Below, piece after piece: positions 46,601 to 53,846 of a stretch of DNA of 53,846 nucleotides. Origin of the DNA: Psammoneis japonica. Its lineage: Eukaryota. The notes beneath the pieces were generated by a model, which made no database searches, had not been told where the DNA came from, and saw only the letters and a program-made list of their open reading frames with translations. How positions within the stretch are numbered: the first letter of the stretch is position 1; each line of letters starts with the position of its first letter. The stretch covers positions 1 to 53,846 of the forward strand of contig QPGO01000331.1 of the NCBI GenBank assembly GCA_008632985.1, in the 5' to 3' direction. The translations under genes were made by a program, and so were the position numbers.

Positions 46601-48170
46601 GTTGCAGAAACATGGCCACCCAAAGCTTCTGCAAGGAGGTGCTGTTTTCCACACAAAACATGCCGAAAAATGCCGGTCCTCACATGGCAGCTGGTTTTGT
46701 CATCCTGTTGATGTGCCCTGCACCATCTGCCCAATGTTGTTGAACTTGATGTGAAAGCACAATGTTGTGGCATTGAAATGGCAAGAGTTGCTTTTTTGAC
46801 CATTGCAATTGTCACCCATGACTGAGCACAAAATCTTCAATTTTTTGGTCACTGCCAACACACATCATTGCACACTGTCACATGCTCCACCTCATGTCAC
46901 CTTGGAAGTCATGATGCAGAAATGTGCATTGTGCCTCATTTTCTTGCAGAGTTGCCATTTTTCTTGCAAAAGCACAGTGTGGCCAAGATTTGAGTTGAGT
47001 GCAGTTTGGGATCTCATTTTTTCATGTTTTTGGGGGACACTGAGACACAGCTGGAAGTCAAGATTGTGCCACAATGATCTTTGAACTGCCAGTTTGTGAA
47101 CTCACTTGATGGAGTTTGTGCATTGTGGAGGTTCAGCAGTGCTGTGGAACAGAATTGTGCAGAGCTGTGTGCTGGCACATGTCTCTCTGAAGTGGGCTGG
47201 GGCAGGCATCCTTTTTTTTTCGCAGGTGTGTGTGAGGCACAAGCCACTGGCTCCACGCCCCATTGTCAGAGTCTCAGAGCTGCCAGAGGCAAGCCATCAA
47301 GCACCATCCATTCCACAGGATTCCCCCCCCCCAAGTTTTGTGCTCACAGTTCTCTTTTTGTTGCCGGTGTCCAGCTTCTCATTTTGTCTGTGCATCACGA
47401 AGTGTGTGCTTTGCCACATTTTGGGGCCAGGAGGGTGGTCACAGGCGAATCACACATTTTTCTGCGTTGATGCAATTCATGGATTTTCCTGCTCATGTCT
47501 TTGGAAAGCAGAGTAAAAGTTAATTACCAGCATTGACATGTACACAATAGATGCCCAATCATTGTTGTTCCCTTCGCAGACCTTTTGATGAGCCTCAGTG
47601 GGCGGCGCGGACGCCCGGATGGACCGATTGTTCGCAGCCGTCCGTCTTCCAGCCGCGAGAGCCTCCTCTGCTGCACAGACGAACACTGCGAAGCGCATGA
47701 TTGCGTCGCCGAGGGCGGAGGCTCACGGTTAGCTCTAGCTAGTTGGAGAGTGCGCTGCCCAAGGCTACTACTAGAGAAGTAGCGAGTAGCGAGAGGCCTA
47801 GCTAGAGAGTAAACGAGTAGCCGTGACGTGCAGGGAGGGAAAGTGAAATAATGAAGAGTATCAGCCAAGAAACGGCGAACCATGGGATCGGCAAGACCGA
47901 TCGTCGCTGCTCAAACTGTCCCAATAACTTTGCTTTGTGTGTGTTTTTTTAAACCACAATGTGAAAGTGAGGTTGTACAGCATCGTAATAAATCTATTTC
48001 ACTCCTAGTAGCTCGAGAGCTGCAAGTACTGGTTTGAATGTACTAGAGAAGCTCATTTTCAACCGCGCGTCCGTGGGTACCAAAGAAGCCAAAACCGTGT
48101 AAACTTGGAAAACAACGATTCTGGCATCCAAAACCGGTAAACCCTGAAGAAGAGCAATTCTTTATACCCC

Positions 48171-50788
48171 CTATACTACTACCATTTTGAATCTGATAGT
48201 TTCGCTTGTTGCCATTTTGTCAGTGTACACGCCAGTTGCCCCCCACGGCTCCTCGCGCTTTGTTGTAAGGGAGTAATGCGAATTTCCCTGGGATTGTTGT
48301 AAACGAGAGTGGTCAGCTGGTTCCAGCGATGCTTTTGAGACTCCTGGAAGATCTGTTGACGCCACCATGATGTTCCGTTCGACATCTGTAAATCGGAAAG
48401 CCCCATGATCTGCCTTGTCTGCCTTCATAAACAGGAAAGGTGAGGAAACTCATTGGCTGCGCGAAGGGGAAAAGGAGTGCTTCATAATCGCACGTACCAA
48501 CAAAATAAGGACGTCTCCATCGGTAGCAAAAGACTGGTCCTTTGAATGTTTTACTTCCACATTAGGCAGCCATCCTGGACGATACTTGGCTAGAAGATTG
48601 CCATGGCCAAGCACGTCATTGACAGCCATTCCAAGAGCACAAGGACCGGAAAGTAGTAATTCTGGCGTGGCCCTCGATTTCCAGATCTCTGTATCATTGA
48701 AACGAGCTGTGAGGCAGATGTCCAATTCAACATCAAAGACATCGGCGCGATTCAGAATGAATGATACTAGTCGTTCAATGAGGCGAGCTAGAAACAAATG
48801 ACCGGGTTCTGTACCAATCAAGCCATTCCATAGGCAGAATTTCTCGTTGGCGTAGTCTGTCACTACGTCAAGTGGTACAAAAAAAGACATCTCTGGTGTA
48901 ATGAATGCATCAAGATTAGTATCCAGCTTCACGTCAACGTCAGCATAAACACCTCCATCTCTTAGGAGCACCAGGTAGCGGAAAAGGTCAGCCTAACGGT
49001 CAACACAAAATTCCACCGAGAGTCAGATTTCGTGCAGGGATTAGTAAGATGGACCCCAATTGCAGTCCTTACCTTGTAGGCTCCCGGAATTAACGCATCG
49101 AAAGCATTCACAAATCGAAGCGGATAGTGTTCCACAATGTATTCGCGGGCACTCTCATCGGTGTAGAACCTATAATCCCAGCCGTGTATTTTCCATGAAT
49201 TCTGAAGACGCACGAGGTCTGGATATCGGTCAAACGTTAGCTCTTCCCAAAAAGTTTGATGGATAATTCTTGGAATCCTTCCGCCTTCCTTGACTCTTTC
49301 ATCAAGGGTTTTCGATGGCGGTACCTCTGAAATTTCAATCTCAACCGTCACTTCTTTTCGTTTAAGTCTGTTTGAAACGTCGCAGAAGAATTCTTTCAAT
49401 TGGTTGGGACAAACCAATGAACATGCTGAAAAGGACCCGAAATAACGTGCACGAAGACATCGCATGCATAGCCAGCTAGGAACGATACCACGTCGTTTCA
49501 TTGTGTCCTGCATGGATACCTTCCGTTCCCTGACTGGCCGATTTGTGTCTCTTCTTTCCCTTATAGTGACTGTTTTCGTCGTTTCTTTCGATAGCGATCC
49601 TTCAAGATTGAGATGAGTGTCGATAAGACGGGCTTCCAGCGACGCGTATATCATGTTGTTCTCATGACACAGCAAAGTAGTAGCTCCTCGACTTTTCAAA
49701 TCATTCCAGTCGTCCTCACTCATAAGCGCGGACTGCAAGTCTGTATGGGAGAAAAGACCATTGCTGTTTTCGAGTTTTTTCATGATGCATTTGAGGTACG
49801 GGTTTCGCGGAGAAACGGCCAGAAGCAAGAGTTCCGGCAGTCCATGGTTGTTTGCAACGTCCTTAGGGTTCGAACTATCGATATGCAGAAACACCATGAG
49901 CCCTCGTGAAGCGCAAGACGTCTCCACCCTTGTCAAGTTTTCGGCTTCAATTCCTTTCAAGATTGAAGAAACATGACGAACGCGTTGGCCACCAAAGTAG
50001 CCTCCGTACTGAAATAAGGCACAAAAGGCCCAAACGTAAAGCCGGTTTTCGACCGAAGCCATTCTGTATGTTTCGGACAATCCGCTGCAGTTCTGTGAAA
50101 CCATCTTTATCATCTCGTCCTCCTCGAAACTAATAGCAGTAATTCCTCTCATAGGCTTTATCCACTGAAGGGGCTGAAGAATCACTTTTGGGATTGCGTC
50201 TTGCGGTGGGAATAAAAAATGTTGCTCATGACTGACAAGGTTCTCGTCTCTCGAGCGAAAACAGGATTCTTCCCAACTATCGGCCTGATGCGTAAGATTC
50301 TGCAACATGTTGGCCTTTTGCTTATACCTGATGAGCATCTCAACCAACGCTGCCTGTGGAAGCACAGGTGCTTTTCCTCTAGCCGGCTCCGAAACCGGTG
50401 GGAGCTTAATCCCCATTGATTGCAATTTCATTTCCCGCTGCCGCAACGTCGAATGATAGACAAAGCGTCGGATTATTGAATCCGTTAGCCTTCCCAACAA
50501 TCCGCCGCGGATGGAATATGCTGGACCGAATAAAACCTTTCGCAATGGCAAAAGCATCGCAAAAACAACAACACAAGATAGTGCGGCTCGATTTCTTTGC
50601 TTTCTCAAGGCCAGACACCGCGAAAGCAGAATTGGGGGTGTAAGAGGTCGCTCTATGAAAGATTTAAATTTTTTTCTTCTCGAATCATCATCACTTCTTG
50701 CCATGATTGCCCCTTCTTCAACATCTTTGTGATCATGATTCTCCGTATGGTTGGCAATGGCCACGACTCCTCTTCTTCTGATTGACAT
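48171..50788 (-). CDS. GT32 DXD glycosyltransferase (OCH1-like), paralog B
   Basis: RIPRIIHQTFW and GAYK|ADLFRYLVLLRDGGVYADVD. Introns 48993-49072 and 48423-48497, in the same positions as in paralog A. Confidence 0.9.
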
Positions 50789-51427
50789 GCTCAGTCCTTC
50801 TGATATTTGTTGAACCGAGATTGAAGAAAAGAAGAACGCCACGTCGCTAATTTTGCAAAACAGTGTACTGCTTATTCTGGAACATTCATCATGGCTTACT
50901 ATTGAGCCATAGAATCATCATCGTCGTTTGTTTTCCTTGACTGATGATGGATGAGCGGTGGCTTCAATGGATATCGATCATTGAATATATATTATCCATT
51001 ATGATTATACAGGTTTATCTAAATCTATATCAGTTTATATTGATATTCATGTGAGTAAATATTAAAAAAATAAAACAGAAAAGATGTTAAAGTACAGTAA
51101 TTTGCTATGAATCGCAGTACTTAGAATAACACGAAATATTGGTAGTGAATACCGGTATAACGGTGTATAGTATTATTTTCAGTGTATGAATACATCCTCC
51201 GCCTCCTCCCTCCTTGGTAGTACCGGTAAATTCCTCCTCTCACGCTCTCATGCACATGGCGGCGGGAGACCTTTCGTTGCGCCGCTGCTGTCTTCGCAAA
51301 TTGCATCGTATTACCTAACCCTACCATACCATACCCTGTACATGGAAGTATTCTCGCCCCTCTCGTCTTAATTTAAGACTTCTGCAACAATTAATTTGAG
51401 AGAAACGTTGAACTGATGAGCCATAAT

Positions 51428-53077
51428 ATGAATATTCCAGTTGTTCAGGGTGTTGCAGTCCCAAGCGAGTCGGGGTACAGTCATCAACCTGTAACTTCGT
51501 CGGCAGATCAGACAAAGACTAGCAACACGTACGGATCAGGTGACAATGTCAATGCTTTCTCAGAACCGCTCACGGGTGGAGGTGATTACAATGATACAAG
51601 GGTGAGCCGCAGCCCAAGCAATTTCAGGATGTTGCTTTTGCTATCGCCTTTGTCGCACATTTGGTAGTCATGCTTGTGGTGCTGGTCATGTTTACCGCTA
51701 AGAGCGACAATGGCGAAGCAGATGGAAACAGAAATACGTACGGCGGCGTGGCGTGGTGTGTGTCGGTATGTGGGCTCTTTGCCTTGGCTTTATCTACAGT
51801 GACGCTGGGTTTCATGATGAAGTTCGCGCATCAACTGGTGCAAGTGGCGTTGATCTTCAGTGTCATATTCTCCTTGGTTTTGGGAATAGTGGGTGCGATG
51901 ATGGGTCAAGCAATGATGGCCATCGCGGGATTTGTCTCCTTTGCTATTGGAATTTGTTATGCCTATTTCGTGTGGAGACGCATTCCGGTGAGACACGTCG
52001 GTGTGACCGATCCTTCTTGCTGGCTTTACAAATTGTTCCGCACGCTTACATCTCTTTGTGCTTATTCGTTGGCAGTTTGCGGCTACCAATCTTAACACCG
52101 CGTTGACTGCTGTCCGTGCAAACATGGGTCTTGCGATAATTGCATATTCATCTCTGGCCCTCGCTTTTGTATGGTCGCTTGGGTGGTCGATCGCAGCGAC
52201 CAGTGCGTTTGCTTCTGTGGGGGAAGGAGTCATTTTTCTGTTTCTCTTGTCCTACTACTGGACACACCAAGTACTTCAAAACTCGGTCCATGTCACGGTC
52301 GCTGTAAGTCGAAATTCAGCATTGGCAAATCTCTCTGTTGTGTTTTGCTTCTCACCTTTCTATTCCTTTCTCGCCGATGATGCTACCAAAAAGGGCGTGG
52401 TTGGCACGTGGTGGTTCGTTCCCGACGAGGCCTCCAGCTTTTGCTCGAAAGCCATTACCGACTCTTTCTGTCGCGCTACCACATATTCGTTTGGTTCCAT
52501 TTGCTTTGGAAGTCTGCTGGTCGCTCTTATCCAGGCCCTTCGCCATTTGCAACATTTGCTCCGAGAAAACGACGATTTCAACTTTGTTGTGTGCATCATT
52601 GATTGCATTCTTGCGTGCATTCAAGGCATTATTGAATACATCAACAAGTGGGCATATGTTTATGTAGGACTCTATGGCTATAGCTACCTCGAGGCAGGAC
52701 GCAATGTCGTTACGCTATTTCAAAACAAAGGATGGACAACGATCATTACGGATAACCTTGTGAGAATGTCTTGTTCATGGTGAGCATTGGTATCGGACTC
52801 GTCACTGGGCTAGTGGGATGCGATGGGAAGTATCGACGGAGATTTGTTTGCTGGCGTTGGATACGAGGACGGGGGAGTTGTAGGCTTTGTTGTTGGTCTC
52901 TTTGTTGGGTTCTTGTTTGCTACGATTCTCATGAGTGTCGTTGGTAGTGCTACAAACACTGTTATCGTTTGCTTTGCCGAATCACCCGCAGAATTTCAAG
53001 CGAATCACCCCCAACTTAGCGAAGAAATGAGAGCAGCTTGGAGACAAGCGTGGCCCTCCGAGTGCGCGAATCTCTAA
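51428..53077 (+). CDS. Choline transporter-like protein (CTL/SLC44/PNS1 family)
   Basis: FQDVAFAIAF, WRRIP|FAATNL, SYYWTHQVLQNSVHVTVA|GVVGTWWF, RATTYSFGSICFGSLLVA, EYINKWAYVYVGLYGYSYLEAG and TVIVCFAE. Two introns; 1-nt indels near 51598, 52762 and ~52820. Confidence 0.9.
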
Positions 53078-53846
53078 GTGATCCAGAGATGCAAACATAA
53101 CTTAGTGTCTTGATTATTCATGTAGTTACAGCTGGTTGGTACTTCCAACCCGCGGCGCTCAGTTCTGTCATGTATGCTAGTTGTAGCTGGGCTAGCTTTG
53201 TGGTTGTGCGTTTTTATTACAGCTTGGGGGTGCACAGTAGGTCCCAGGGCTTACCTTGAAAGTGCAATGATGTGTGCGCAGCGCACGTGTTGAGTGATCG
53301 CATTTCTCTGGAGGCGGCTTCAAGCTGCATGACCACAATTCTGAAGCTTGATACTACGGGAAAGGAAGCATGAAGGAGCTTACTTTACAAATTTAACATA
53401 TCCAGCTCATTATGCTAGAGAATCTCTTGAAAGGTACTATTTGTCGGGAAGTAAATCCTGAAGATGCTTATGCCGCTTCGATTTCAGTCCCTGAATTCAT
53501 TTGGCCATGCCTGCCGCCAAGTTTCTCTCATACGCGACGAGCAGTTTCCGATGATTCGCGTCCAGTTCAGCAGGGGCTTCTGCATACAAAACGATAACCT
53601 ATTTGGGGGGAGAAAGAAATACGTCAGAGAAACACCTAACATTGACGAGACAAGCATTTTGAATGGCCCTCGACATACGGTATTGACTCCACTGCTAACA
53701 ACACTCATAGAGTCGAACACAAAACAGCTCCAACCACAAAGCCAACCCTGTAAAGCCGACCACCAAAAAGAAATGTTTAGAGCTGTTTCGCGACGAGGGA
53801 AAGTGAAACATTGAAATGCACAATCAACTCACGCAAAGGCGCAGCC

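Noticed and set aside
36300..47500. Classical RIP or simple 5mC decay as the full explanation
   Set aside because: RIP would enrich TA. CpG decay explains only the CG loss, and the 8-14 kb island loses TA while keeping CG.

Overview
Eukaryotic genomic DNA, most consistent with a pennate diatom. It has compact genes with short GT-AG introns, a plastid-type signal peptide, and diatom-type copia, LINE and Crypton relics. Recognisable host genes encode a GRAM/VASt lipid-transfer protein, a METTL21-like methyltransferase, INTS6 with a WW domain, a DUF482/FemAB-like GNAT protein, dUTPase, Ric-8, RPC3, two paralogous GT32 glycosyltransferases and a CTL/SLC44 transporter. Several carry 1-nt indels that look like assembly errors. 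The main signal is three islands (~8.3-16.2 kb, ~21.0-23.3 kb, ~36.3-47.5 kb) from which the dinucleotide TpA is almost erased. By eye I find no TA in 11111-14029 or 21000-22757 and two in 8281-10880, while neighbouring genes have normal TA and intergenic patches are TA-rich. In the transposon relics, conserved Tyr codons now read Cys (TGY) or His (CAY), and the TA target-site duplication of a pogo-like element reads CA on its inner side. Both strands, DNA transposons and retroelements are affected. This points to a chromosome-level, context-specific TpA->TpG/CpA (A:T->G:C) hypermutation of repeats, the reverse of fungal RIP. I do not know of a description of such a system. All counts are manual and family assignments come from motif recognition, not database searches.
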